A stretch of 64,000 bases of DNA from the NCBI RefSeq assembly GCF_000143415.4, contig NW_003314279.1, positions 1,102,091 to 1,166,090 on the forward strand. The letters are read 5' to 3'. Position numbers and translations under genes: made by a program. The notes below the pieces were generated by a model. It worked only from the letters and a program-made list of their open reading frames with translations. It ran no database searches and was not told where the DNA came from. This DNA comes from Selaginella moellendorffii. Its lineage: Eukaryota > Plantae > Lycopodiophyta. Positions 48,232-61,014 of this stretch are shown one piece after another. Within the stretch, counting starts at the first letter, position 1. Each line of letters opens with the position of its first letter.

Positions 48232-49379
48232 TGTAAGCCACAAATTTTTCCTTTCCACTTTGCCAGCTTACCTCGCCTATCCGTCCAACACTGCCTTGGC
48301 TTTTGCTAAGTTCCCTCGCCAAGGTTCTCGCCTATGGTACCAGCTCCTACTTGGTTTCAGCTACTCACTGCACGAGCAACGGAGTGTTAGCCATCCTTCC
48401 ATGGATTCCCAAATCACTCCCAATCCCCCTCCCCGGGTTAGACTGGACTTAAGGTTCGGCTACACTCCCCGCAAGCACAAGCAGCCAAGCACACCAAGCT
48501 TCCAGGTTCCTAACATCCCTTGGTACCACAAGACTTGATCATGGGACCCTCTAAATCCCAAGTCTTGAGTGCAACGCTTGCTTCGGGACGCCGGGGCGAA
48601 ACACCGTGGCCTAGCGGCCCGGTATGGGTACCTCTCGCCCCCCACTTCCATCCCGAAGGAAGGCCCAAGCCCCTAGGAAGGGCGAGGACCAATGAGCCGC
48701 ATGGTACTCAAGTGGGGCACCACTCCACATGAGCCGGGAGCACCGCAATCGGTTTCCCTTTCGGGAGTGGGAGCTGCTCTTGAGCACTTCCTTGGATGGC
48801 CCCTCCGGCACCAGCCAAGTCCATGCTCACTCCCACCCAAGGCCCCTCGGTCCCAGTCCCAACCTCAAGTCGGTTTGGAAGCCCAACTGGAGAGTCCCTT
48901 CAAAACTGGTTCCTGGACCTCACTATCCCTACTATACTTTTGGAACCCCCTGCAGCCCCCCCCCCCTGGGAGACGCACGCTTTGGGCTTTCACCCCTTGA
49001 CCCGTATTAGTATTTGGACTTAGTCTCTGGCTCGATCTCGGACCCGATTTCGGATCCGACTTCGGATTCGGGTTCGGACTCGATCACGGACTCGATCTCG
49101 GACCCGATCTCGGACCCGACCTCGGACTCGACCTCGGACTCGGTCTTGGACCCGATTTCGGATCTCGGACTCCGTCTCGAACTCGGTCTCGAACTCGGAC
49201 TCGAACTCGGTCCCCGAGTCGGTCTCGGACTCGATTCCGGACTCTATCTCGAACTCGGTCCTAGAGTCGGTCTTGGACTCGATCCTCGACTTGGTCCCAT
49301 CCGATGAACTCTTTGTCACTTCGGTCAAGCTTTTGGGGATCCTTTAGCCTACGACATCTCGGGGAGTCGGTTCCTTACA
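48232..49379 (-). repeat. Shared internal LTR
   Basis: On the - strand, preceded by a PPT and followed by a PBS. Confidence 0.93.
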
Positions 49380-51012
49380 ACTCCACCACCCATAGAAGAA
49401 GTTCGATGCCCACATCGAACGTCTCGTCTTATCCTACGACTTGTTGTCCATGTCTCCGGGGGCATCCCCCCACTTAGCGGTGTGCCTAAGTTAGCCTCCC
49501 CGGCCAAGAGCCCATGACAACGGAATATAGGTGTCCCTATATTCCTCACCTCACCACGCCCTAGTATAGGGTCGGGACTTGAACCCAGCCTTGCTTTACT
49601 AGGGGGTTGGGACTCGAACCCAACCTCCGTAGAATACGTCTACGGATTCGACATCCCCGCAGGGAGTCGGGCGTAGTGCCCTACGCCTGGTCGACCTATC
49701 CAACCCATGCTAATTAGCTTACCTTTGGCGCGCCTTCGGGTCCCAACATATGCCATTTGCTCAACTTTGCAAATTGATATTTTTAATTGAATTTTGCATA
49801 AGTACATAAAGTTCTGCCTTGCAGAAATTCCTCCACTAGATCTCGTGCGTTCGCTAGGTTCTCCTCCGGTTCCCATGTTGCTTCGCAGTGTGGAAATCCT
49901 TTCCACTTCACATGGAACTCTCTCACCTCGCGTCCTTGTCGCTTGCTCTTGCGCGCATTGAGGATGGCCTCGACTTCGTATTCCTCTTCCCCTTGGATAA
50001 CCTCAGGTAAAGGTCTCACTTGGTCCTTGCGAAGCGGATCCTCAAAGTACGGCTTGAGTAAGTTCACGTGGAACACTGGGTGCATCTTCCCCATCTCTCG
50101 AGGAAGTCGGAGTCGGTAAGCCACTTTACCGATTCGTGCCTCAATTTCATAAGGCCCCGCGAACCTGCTTAAGGAACTCAAGATCAATTCATTTACAGGA
50201 ATACATGCGTCTTTACCTTTGGGTCAACTTTAGGCTGATCCAGCTTGGTAGTCTGAGGTTCTTGGTGTTCAGCCACACCTTCTCCCCAGCTTGGAACTCC
50301 ACATCCCGACGCTTTTGGTTCGCGTACTTAGTTTGCCTTTGTTGAGCCCGTTCCAAGGAATCCCTCACTAGATTCCAAATGTTGAGTCTTTCCGCCGTGA
50401 ATGCCTCCACTGCGGGTAACTCTCCATGATACTCGGCCACGCCGAGTTCCACAGGACCTTCAATAGCTCGCCCATTGATGACTTCCCATGGACTCACCCC
50501 GATGCTTGAGTGTGGTGAGTTGTTATAACACATTTCCGCAAGTCCCAAATGACTTACCCAGTCGGTCTGGTCTCCCGAGACATAGCATCGCAAATAATCC
50601 TCCAGCTGCCTATTCACCCTTTCCGTTTGTCCGTCTGTCAAGAAGTGTTAGTGCCATCAATCTTGACTTAATACCCATTACCTGTCTGTGGGTGATAGGT
50701 TGTGCTGAATTTCAATTTGGTGCGATACTGTTCTAGGAGTGTCCTCCAGAACCTACTAGTGAAGATCTTATCTCGATCTGAGATAATCTCTTCCGGCCTT
50801 CCCCGCACTCGAACCACTTGTTCAAAGAACAGCTTCGCCACACCTTCCGCATCCACGTCCGTTGTGGTGGGTATGAAATGTGCCATCTTTGAAAATCGGT
50901 CCACCACCACGAATATCGCATCGAACCCCTCGCTTGGGGGTAGTCCTGTGATGAAGTCCATCGTAAGACATTTCCACGGGCGATCTGGAATTGGGATGCT
51001 TTGCAACAAGCC
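49380..51012 (-). mobile_element. Duplicated 3' internal region (IN C-term, both introns, chromodomain, 3' UTR)
   Basis: Near-identical to 42997-44629 (offset 6383); introns at 50635-50681 and 50165-50216. Confidence 0.92.
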
Positions 51013-53139
51013 GATCTGGACTCGATCCTCGACTTGGTCCCATCCGATGAACTCTTTGTCACTTCGGTCAAGCTTTTGGGGATCCTTTAGCCTACGACAT
51101 CTCGGGGAGTCGGTTCCTTACAGCATGCAAGCATGAACTAAACTATACTCAGATTAGTCAGCCATACCCAATTTACCTACTATCTTTATTATACATTTGG
51201 AACCCTTCACATTATTAATGCCAATGCCTCCATCCAAGAAATAGAAGATGCTAATTTGAAAAATGTTAATACCGGTATGTGTGGTTAACTTCATCATATA
51301 CTCAACAATTGACATCATAGCCACGACCATGTCCTTGCTTTTTTCCTTGAACACGAGCAACAATAACATTAACCTCTATTGGAATAGGATCATCTTTTAT
51401 AGGAAGTGGAGTTAAAGGATATATAATGAGAAGTGGAAGAAGTGATATCTTATAACATTATGCTAGTTAAAAAGTATTATCATGAATGGTTAGAGCAAGT
51501 GCATATGCAAGTCAAACAAAATCTTGAGGTGGGCATAACATTCCCAACTTGATCCGTTTTAACATATTTGGTTCCACACAAATCAAAAGGTTCTAAAAAC
51601 AAATGCCAAATTGCATTATTGACTCAAATGACCTTTAATAAAGACGATGCAATTGTTAAAAGGCATTATCACAATTGTTAATATATTCAAATGCACACTT
51701 GAAAACATCTAGGAGAATACTCCAATCCACATAAATGGTTGTGCTTAAACTATTGTACCACTATAATGCCATCCCTTAAAGACATGTGGAAACTTATGTA
51801 AATACCAGGTATCATCCTAAGAATGATAGTTAAAAATCACTATAAAGTGATCAAACTAATGATATACATTATTCTAGGATTCCCGCAAAAAAACTCTGAA
51901 TAAACATGAGGATTGGTAATAAGAGCAAAAGGAGTTATAATACATTTTATGAATGCTACTATCAACCTCCTTTAACTCTGGAATAGTAGTTAATGTAGTT
52001 GCTTGATGCTATGCAATTGTAGTTAAACAATTAAACTTTGGAGGCTACTACTCTATATAAAAATGAACGAAAAGAAAAAAAAAGAAAAAATTGAAAAATT
52101 TATAAAGAAAGTGAAATTTAAACAATGCAAAAGCTTCATCTAAACCAAAATCCTAAATATAACCATTCATCAAGGACAATTAAAAATGCCCCTCACCTAC
52201 ACCAATGTAAGTGTATAGAATATTGAAATAAGCCTAAAAACCCTAGGTTATATACAAAAGTTGAAATTAATTTGATAGCTTTCAAAACCCACTACACTAA
52301 TATTAGTATATGGCATCATAGCTGTATACTTCAACATCATAATATTAATTGTTTTAAAGAAATTTTGCTTTCCAAGTAAATATATAATTTAAATCAATTT
52401 ATCTTATATATTTAAATCTTATTATGGCCCAGGATGAATAATTTGCTACATATTGTATGCAACAACACTTGATAATAGTATTTTTATTTTTATTTATTAT
52501 TATTTAGTAATTTAATCTAGTGTATAATTATAATTATTGCATAAGAATAAAATAATATACTAGGAATTGTTTACGAAAGTCTAAAAATTATAACTGTTAA
52601 ATAGTAGAATATTCAAGAATATCCAAGAATATTCTAAGAGTCTAAACACATCTAAAATGTGCTTTTTTATCTTATAAAAGGTTTGGCCTTTTATAAAATT
52701 CTAAGTGTTGACAATAAAAATTATTCTAGGTCGATTCTTGAACAATATAAAATATTAATATATTGATTGAATGCTATATTTATTTTTTATCTTTCACAAA
52801 TGAATATAAATGTTTTTCTCATTAATTATTTTACTCAAGCAAACCTGTAAGCAGCTTGTGAAGTTGCAATGCATAACAAACACAACAATACTATTTTTCT
52901 TTCTTTGGGGAGTTTGCTCATTTTTCTTGATTTTTAGTAATAAAATAAGCCACAGTGATGGCTATTAATGAGTGATTATTAGATACTTACAATATGTGTG
53001 AATATTTTAGGACATTCTACATTTATTCATTTAGATTAATTTTGTGTGCTACTTTTTTTCTCTTACCGATAATTAAGAATATTACAATTGGGATAACCAA
53101 GCCGTTCCAAAGAGACGGTCTTGTAGATGACAATCATCA

Positions 53140-54483
53140 CCATTCTTCATATCAAAGTTCCAGGTATGTCCCTGGAAGCTTTCATGTATTCTCAATTGCT
53201 TTTGCTTTGCAACCATGCAGGCTTGTGGCAAGAGGAAGTGATTGTGCCACAGAACGTCTTCCAGGAAAGGAAGTTTAAGCTTCCCAGCTATAGTTGCCTT
53301 GAGTCGTTTGCTCGTGGCTGCAGCAGAAAAGGCCAGCTCAGCCTTGTCATGGTTCTCAATTAGCACTGTCGAAGCTGTCCCTTCGAGTGCAATGGCCCCC
53401 TTAGGAAGGCGAATGGTGAGAATCTCATCCTGGAGATTAGTTAGTAAACCGTCGACGTTGGCATAAGGAGGAACGGCAAGCTTCTCAGGGCGGAAAACGT
53501 CCTTCTCTGTGAAAACAAGCACACCCCGTCCATGATCCAGCGACGAGAGACCTGTACAGTAGTACGCAAGAGAAAAAAAACATGAGATAACGTCGCCTGC
53601 AGTTGACTTACCCGGCACTTGCACATCGACAGTGTAGAACTGCTGGTTCTCGAAGGACGACCACAATAGCTTGCGCTTGTCATATCCTGCACGCCACAGA
53701 GAAAAAGAAATAGAAAACTCCAGGCAGGATCAAAGCTATACCTTTATCAATGTGCTTGAGGCAGTTTAGCAGCAGCTGGTAAGCATGTTTCTTCTCAAAG
53801 TTGTAGAGAGCAACCAGACCACCGTGATCAGGGAACTGCGGCAGCCCCCCGGCATCAGCCACCTCCTGCGCCAACTTGAGGCTCCTGGCACACATCGTCA
53901 AGGGAGCGTCGGAGAAGAATTCAGTGCATGGAACGACCGGTGTAGCATGTGATATAGAGCGCTCATGGACCAGAGCGGTGAGGTTTGTGGACTGCAGACG
54001 AAAGAACCTGGTCCAGGATTCAGCGCCAAACACTCTCGCCTGCTCCTGCAACTCGTGCACTTCAAGACTCCGGTAAAAGTCGTGCACGAGGCGAGTTTCT
54101 TCCCGTCCACGCAAGTCGCGAATTGCATTCTCCCGGACGCCGTCCACGAGCTTGATCATGTGTGTATATGGGACGGGATGTCGTCAAACCCGAGTGGTTT
54201 TCCAGTGGATGGGGGGAATTCGCTCACAATTTCGGTGTACTTGAGCGTGTAGTCCAGGAGATGCGCCTCGAGGCCGCAGGTGGTAACATCAGAGTTGCCC
54301 AGCACCTTAAAGGCTTGGCCGAGGACACGGTTGTCTAAGCGGAGCATCACCACCCATAGAAACTCTCTAAACTCTTTGTAGGCTTCTGGGTCGGTGGTTT
54401 GCTCACCTGAAAGAGCTATTAGCTGCGCTTGCTGTGAGGATGCCGCTCCTACTCCTAGTCGCGCCTATCAGCCGCATCAACAT
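53140..54483 (-). pseudogene. Degraded copy of the alpha-crystallin-domain gene at 61015-62380
   Basis: Colinear with about 61050-62380, with deletions and frameshifts; its 3' exons (53140-53293) are inverted. Confidence 0.8.
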
Positions 54484-54499
54484 TTTGCGTTCCTTGCTG

Positions 54500-55116
54500 G
54501 GTTTTGGGTTTTAGTATAGGCATCCAGCTCCAGCACGCAATTCGACTTGCGCCTCGTTGCTATCCCGGGCTAAGAACGAGGTATGGGCATAATCTGGAGG
54601 ATGAATGGTTCGTGGTTTACTTGCTCTACGAGACGTGTATGTCATGGGTGGGCGATGATGGGGGGATTTTGCTCATAGAGCGATACCAAGATGGTTGAAA
54701 CCAGAGAACAGCCGGAACAGAGTGTGTCCGCTGCCCACCTCTCCACCTGGCGGTGGAGTCTTTTTACTCTCGCGAGGAGAGTGGGGCCTGCGGTTTCGAG
54801 ATGATGTATTGGGACGCTCCAATTTACAGGATGAGCAGGCGGTGGGAAAGACATTTCGAAAGGGCCTGGAGGCTGGAGGCAATCTCTTAAAGAACACCGC
54901 CCGCTTTTGGACGACCGAGAGACTGAAACGTTTTGGCGAAGATTGACGTGAAGTTAATCTTTTCCAGAGAAGCAATGCAGGCCCCTGTGGCTTTGGAACA
55001 TAGAGCCGGGGTATCCCGATGACTCGTGGTTATATAAAGGTGCCGTGCAAGAGGAAATAGACGTTCACAATTAGAAAAGTGGTGGTAAAACTCTGCCACC
55101 TGCGACTTCAATCCCA
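54500..55116 (+). pseudogene. Deletion-riddled 5' copy of ecdysoneless/SGT1
   Basis: RTRYGHNLEDEWFVVYLLYE and other short blocks matching 57040-58470 in order. Confidence 0.85.
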
Positions 55117-55815
55117 TCAAAGTGATCACCCCAGGCTCGAGTGTCTGGGATTTGGGCTCTCACCTATCCTTCTCACGCAGCCTCCGTGCCCTGAACCCCT
55201 TCTTTGGATCCAAGCTAAATAACAAAAGTCTGCATTGCTTTAATCACAGCCTCTGGTTGATACATCCAGAGTTCCTCCTTGTCTTTAAAACTCGCCATTG
55301 ATCTAGATATTAGTAACTTGGAGAGAATGAGGAAGATAAATGGTTATGTTTCTATCCTCCTCCTTATGCTCGTTGGCTGTGCTTTGAATGTGAATGGAAG
55401 CAAGCGTATGATCTCTCCACATTTTTCTCTCATTTTTCATTTTCTGATTGAATTCGCAAATTCTCTTTTGCAGATAGATGGGATGAACTTCTGGGAGCAA
55501 ATGCCGAGCAAGCCAAGAACACGATTCAGCGTGAGGTCGGAGCTGGTGTTGATGTTAAAGTGCTTCCAGATGATGGTGCTTACAGTGATGATTATATCTG
55601 GGATAGAGTGAGGATTTTCAAAGATAAAAACAATAAGGTGTCCCAAGTTCCAATGAGGGGATAGAAAAATAACTATGGCCAAAAATAAATTTAATCTTAA
55701 TATTTACAAAAGTGGCCCAGTTAATTTAAAATAAACCTCATAGAAATATATTCATTTCTAATCTGATTCACAATTTCATGTATAAAGGCACAATTCTCCC
55801 ATTAGTTTCCTAAAA

Positions 55816-56977
55816 ATGTCTCTGTGGTTTATTGTTCTTGTATCATTCTCTCTAATTTCAAGCCCATTACTCGTGGCTGGGATCCAGACGCTGAAAGTCT
55901 CATCCGTCTACAAGTTTGGTGACTCTTACTCCGACACTGGCAACCTGGACGCTAGATTTCCCGTACTTCAACATCTTCAATCTCCCCAATTCGCATATCC
56001 CATCGCAGCACTGCCCCTAGGGCAAGGATTTCTATCAACACTCAAGGTTTTGCAATGGCCAGCTTATGATCGACTACCTCACTGATTACCTTGGCTTCCC
56101 TCTCCTGTCCCCATACTTGCGGAGCATCACCATGGGCTCCAACTTCCACCACGGCGCAAACTTTGCCTATGGAGGATCCACCGCCGCCTCGGTCTACGAG
56201 AACCACAACCCCTTCGATCTCGACGTCCAGGTCTTCGAGTTCTTGCGCCTCCAGCACCTGGCCAACGCCACCTCCGGATCCACCAAGCTCCCATCGCCAG
56301 CTTCCTTTTCGGACGCCCTCTTCGTGATCCAAGCCGGCTCCGCGGACTTCGCCTACAATCTCTTCGCCCAGCATGTAAGCGTCCAAAACATGACCGCGAT
56401 GGTTGTGCCCATGGTCGCCGAGACCATCTACAATGAGACCATGATCCTCCCGCAGCTCGGCGGCGCCAAGAAGTTCCTCATCTTCAACCAGCCGGCGCTG
56501 GGCTGCCAGCCCTTCTTCCTCGCGCAATCCAAGCTCTACGGCCAGACCCAGAGGGACGGGCTCAACTGCGTCAAGAGCTACAACGACATCGCCCAGGCAT
56601 TCTCCTCGCAGCTCAACGCGACGGTGAGCGCTCTCGGCGGGGCGATCGCCGGCTCCACGGTTGTCTACGCCGATCTCTTCCAGGCCAGCATCGATGCGAT
56701 GAACAGCTTCCCGGCCGAGAATGCGCTGCGGGCGTGCTGTGGATCGCCGCACGGCGATGGCGAGTCTAATTGCCAGACCGGGACGATCAATGGCGTCGCT
56801 ACCATGTTTACGTGTGGATGAGGCAAAGGGAGGGCTTGCACGAACAGCACCGAGTTTGCGAGCTGGGATGGAATTCACTACACAGAGGAATTTAACAAGG
56901 TGGTAATGGAGAAATTTACCATGCACTTTGACACCAGCGGTAGAAGTTTTTGCCGCGTAACTTTGTTTACCAATTAA
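55816..56977 (+). pseudogene. GDSL esterase/lipase (copy B), disrupted
   Basis: Signal peptide, FGDSYSDTGN, RFCNGQLMIDYL, GANFAYGGS, ACCG, WDGIHYTE; frameshift near 55960, TAG at about 56018, TGA at 56819-56821. Confidence 0.88.
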
Positions 56978-57058
56978 CAAATAAAACTTTTCACATTTTT
57001 TTCTTTTTGTGGAATCACCCTTTTCACTAAGCAGCTAGGGTTTAGGTAGGGTTTGGCG

Positions 57059-59099
57059 ATGGATGCTGGTGCCGAGGACGCGGTGTTCTATTCGATCTAT
57101 CCGGGATTACCAGCCGGCGCGAGCGATGGCGATGCCTTGATCCAGCTCCAGCGCCTCCGCGACGATTGCCTAGCTGTAGCGTCGCCGCTTGTCCGTGGAT
57201 ACATCTGGCAGCACGCGCAGTTCGATTTGCAGGTAGCGCTTTCGGCGCCGCCATCGCACAGGGAGCCGGCATTTTCCGGTGAGGAGGAGCCGGCGGCTCG
57301 TTGCGATCCCGGGCTGCCGCTTGTCTATGGAAGAACGAGGTATGGGCATAATCTGGAGGATGAGTGGTTCGTGGTTTACTTGCTCTACGAGATTTCTCGG
57401 AGGATTCCGGGGGTGTATATCAGGGTGTGGGACTCTGATGGGGAGTTTTTGCTCATAGAGGCAGCGTACGCGATACCAAGATGGTTGAAACCAGAGAACA
57501 GCCAGAACAGGGTGTTCATCAGCCAGGGGTCACTTCACATTCTTCCACTGCCCACCTCTCCGGCTCACGTTGGCCTTTCTCTAGCAAATCCAACGCTGGC
57601 AGAGGCCGTGAGAGTTCTTTCCAGCGGAAGCGTCGATACTAGAGCTTCCGAGGGTGTCCAGGCAGCAATCGGCCGAAAGTTGGAAGGATATCCCGAGCGG
57701 TCCCGGAAGAACATGCACAGAGTGAGATGCAAGGTTCCTTTGAGCGTAGCGCAGGTGCTCAAGCACGAGCCACAGCTGGTTGCTCTGGCGGTGGAGGCGT
57801 TTTACACTCGCGATCACGATGCAATGGCTGCGGCCTCGAGGATGGAGAAGTTTTTACGTGGAGGGCAGGATGAGATAGTCACTGTGGCGGTTTGCTTGTC
57901 CAAGGCTATGTACGCTCAGCTCAAGCAGCAGGTTTTCCAGGCTCCTCGGATTTATCCTGCGGAGGGACAAGATGACATTGGCGTGAAGCTGGCCTGCGGT
58001 TTTGAGATGATGTACTGGGAACGATCCAATTTCCAGGATGAGCAGGCGGTAGGCAAAACATTTCGAAAGGGCCTGGAGGCTAGAGGTTACTTTAAAGATC
58101 TTCTTGAAGGATCGAAAGAACACCGCCAGCTTTTGGACGCTGCCTTTGCCAGCTACCGAGAGACTGAAACGTTTTCAAGAATAAGGTAAAGGTTGACGGG
58201 AAGTTAATCTTTTTTAAATTTTCTGCGTTTTTCCAGAGAAGCAATGCAAGTCCCTGCGAAACGAATTGACGAAATTTTGGCTTTGGAACATAAAGCCGAG
58301 GATTTCATGAATGTGGATATCCCGGAAAGTGACGATGACTCGTGGTTATATAGAGGTGAAGATGAGCTAACAAGTGCCATGCAAGAGAGACAGAAGGAAA
58401 TGGACGCTCATGATAAGAAAAGTGGTGCTAAAACTCTGGCACCTGTTGTCGAAGGCGAGTTTGATCCCAGCGAATTGACCAAGACAATGAAGTCATTTGT
58501 GGACAAAATCTCAAGTTTTGAGGGTGCCGAGGTACCAAAGAGTAAGATATATTTTGTGATCTTGTTTGGGACTTTTGCTAACCATCAACTGACAGATGAC
58601 GAGCCTGTGTCTATGGATTTGGAAAATTTTATGCAAGAGCTCAAAACAGCACTGAAACTGGATAATGAGCGTGCCGGGGACTTACAGTCGGGCTCCTCAG
58701 ATTCAGATTCGGGTGAAGGTATTCGTTTTCTCTCCTCTCAATATGCAAGCTCTAAATTGTTTTCCGTTTGAAAGCTCAGACGACGATTCGAAAGGTGAGG
58801 ATGATTTTATGGAGGAGTACTCCGACGCTATCCAACACGAGCTTAAAAACTCGAGCGTCTCCAAAACATTTGCTCAACCTGACGTGTCTCGCGCTTCTGG
58901 GTCAGCATCTACTTCTGCTACCGCTACCGGAGATGACAACTTGCACGTGGACGTAGACCTCAACCTGCTTAAGAACCTGCTCGACTCGTACTCATCGCAG
59001 CAAGGCCTGCCCGGACCAGCGTCTAACGTCCTGGGAATGATGGGAATGCAGCTCCCAGACGACAAGGAGGAGCATAAACGTAAGACTCGGAGGAAGTGA
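57059..59099 (+). CDS. ECD: Protein ecdysoneless homolog (SGT1/ECD family)
   Basis: YIWQH, GRTRYGHNLEDEWFVVYLL, DSDGEFLLIEAA..IPRWLKPE..NRVFI, DDDSWL, GLPGPASN; short GT-AG introns. Confidence 0.92.
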
Positions 59100-59431
59100 C
59101 GTGACGAACTGCGTCGATTTGGACGAGACAGAGACGGAGACAAAGCTTCCCTCGTAGAAACCAAACAGTGGGACTGTGTTACAACTTAAGACCCACGCGT
59201 TCGGATGAGAATGCAAGAATTATTTATTTCAGTTACCAGGTATTCACATTTATTTCTTTTCTTCTCCGCATTAATCATCGTTTTATGTTTTAAACTTGCG
59301 GTTTCAGGAAATGTCGGGTATTTGAGAAGCTGGATCATGTGATTCCAGTAAACCGGTTCCAGAGTCAGATCACGAGGCAGTAAAGTCGCCCAAGCTGCGA
59401 AATGAAGCAGCAGAGCAACAAACCGAGGGAC

Positions 59432-59918
59432 ATGGAGAAGCGGCCAAAGAGTGCCGGAGCAGCCTCCCCGTCGCTCAGCTGCGGGCTCTCGACGACGGCC
59501 TAGCCTCAATAGCATCACTCCTCCAGGAACAGTAACGAGCGTCCTCTCGGGCATCGCTGGCCTCATCGCCGGCGCGTGCAGTATTGCGGTGGGAGAGTTC
59601 CTGTTGGTGTCCTTGCAGCGCGACCACGAGCCGAGATAGAGAGGAGGGGGCGGCAGCACACCGCCGGGGGTGCGGGAGAATTGACATGGACGCGCTGGCG
59701 CGACCGTGGCAGTGTCGGCGACGGTGTTTACCACTGGCGGTGGTGTGCCCCTGCTAGCCGCGGGGTTCGTGGAGGCGTACCGCCATGGCGAGGCCGATGG
59801 TGTTGAGGCCCGGATAGTCGTGGACGAAGCCAAACACCGCGTTGGCGCCTGGCTATCGGGTTGTCGACATGTATGGGACTGGCGGCATTTACAGTTGATT
59901 GTTACCGACTCTTTCTAG
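59432..59918 (+). pseudogene. VIT/CCC1-family pseudogene fragment (copy B)
   Basis: LSGIAGLIAGACSIAVGEF..VS, FTTGGGVPLLAAGF; frameshifted. Confidence 0.7.
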
Positions 59919-61014
59919 AGTTTAAATATGGAATATTTAAATTTTATATTTATATTCTAGGATTCTATTATTTGTACAAAAAATATTCTTATGATATCCC
60001 TTTAACATACTTTAAACTAAATTAGATTTCGTTATTTATTAATTTTCTTCTAAACTTTAGATTTTAGAAAAATCTGAAGTACTCTTGAAACAATCAAGAA
60101 ATTAAAAGTAAAACATATTCTCATTCACATTTTGCTTTGCAAGTATTATGGGATTAAGGGTTCAGAGATGTTGTGGGTTTTGTAAGTGAAATATGATAGA
60201 ATATCAGCCTTCAGCATATTCATACATATAATATTCAACTGTAGGAAATAAATGCTTTTGCTTGGGGAGTCCCAGCTTTTCAAGCATTGATAAAAAAAAG
60301 TCCTTAAATCTCCCATGTGAAATAAAAATTTAGCTTAATTCGAGAAACACTTTCATTCCAGTGCTATGTTTGAAACACTTTACTTTGTTATGCATTTTTG
60401 CTCTTTTGTTGAAATCTGAATTGTTGGAGGAACGGTTTGAGCACACACTAGCTTAAGTTTGAAAGAGTTAAAATTCATGCTAGATGCTCATAGCCCCAAA
60501 TGAGCAACCTTCTGTGTTTGGTTGATGAATGTTTCACATGCATAAGAATCACGACTCAAGCTTGTTTTAGCCTTAGATGTGCTCCATCCTAGAATATGCA
60601 TGATTATATCATTGGATGGTTTGGAAAAACATTAAATGATTAAATATTTTAACTATATAGAGAATATTCTAAGAATATCCTAAGCTGTTTTAAAACTATT
60701 GTTTTCCATCAATGTATCTTATATGTTTTGAATCCTGTTGTGCCTCATAGGATGAAACATATTAATGAAGAAAACATTAATATTCATGTATGAAAAAGTA
60801 AACATGACACTCAATCAAAGTGTTATTATCTCATACTTTTATTGTGTTAAATAAGTACAAAGAAATAGAATAATTTTACTCTTAGAATTTTATTGGAACT
60901 AAACCTTTATAAAAATAAATCTCAAGATGGCTAAACATGGATATGGTTGCTTTCTTGTGAAGTTGTGCTCCTAGTGCACACAATCACTTCCTCTCGCGAC
61001 ACGCCTGCACAGAA

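Larger units (their letters stand above)
41849..51122 (-). mobile_element. Galadriel-like chromoviral Ty3/gypsy element, tandem three-LTR structure
   Basis: GCATG TSD at 41844-41848 and 51123-51127; LTRs 41849-42996, 48232-49379, partial 51017-51122; iMet PBS TGGTATCGGGGCC (48216-48228); PPT GGGTGGTGGAG. The clade assignment is inferred from RH/IN/chromodomain motifs. Confidence 0.93.

Noticed and set aside
41020-52320. Degenerate similar stretches at about 41030-41115 and 52240-52310 with faint RT/RNaseH-like remnants, suggesting an old host retroelement
   Set aside because: Too decayed to define termini, TSD or frames.
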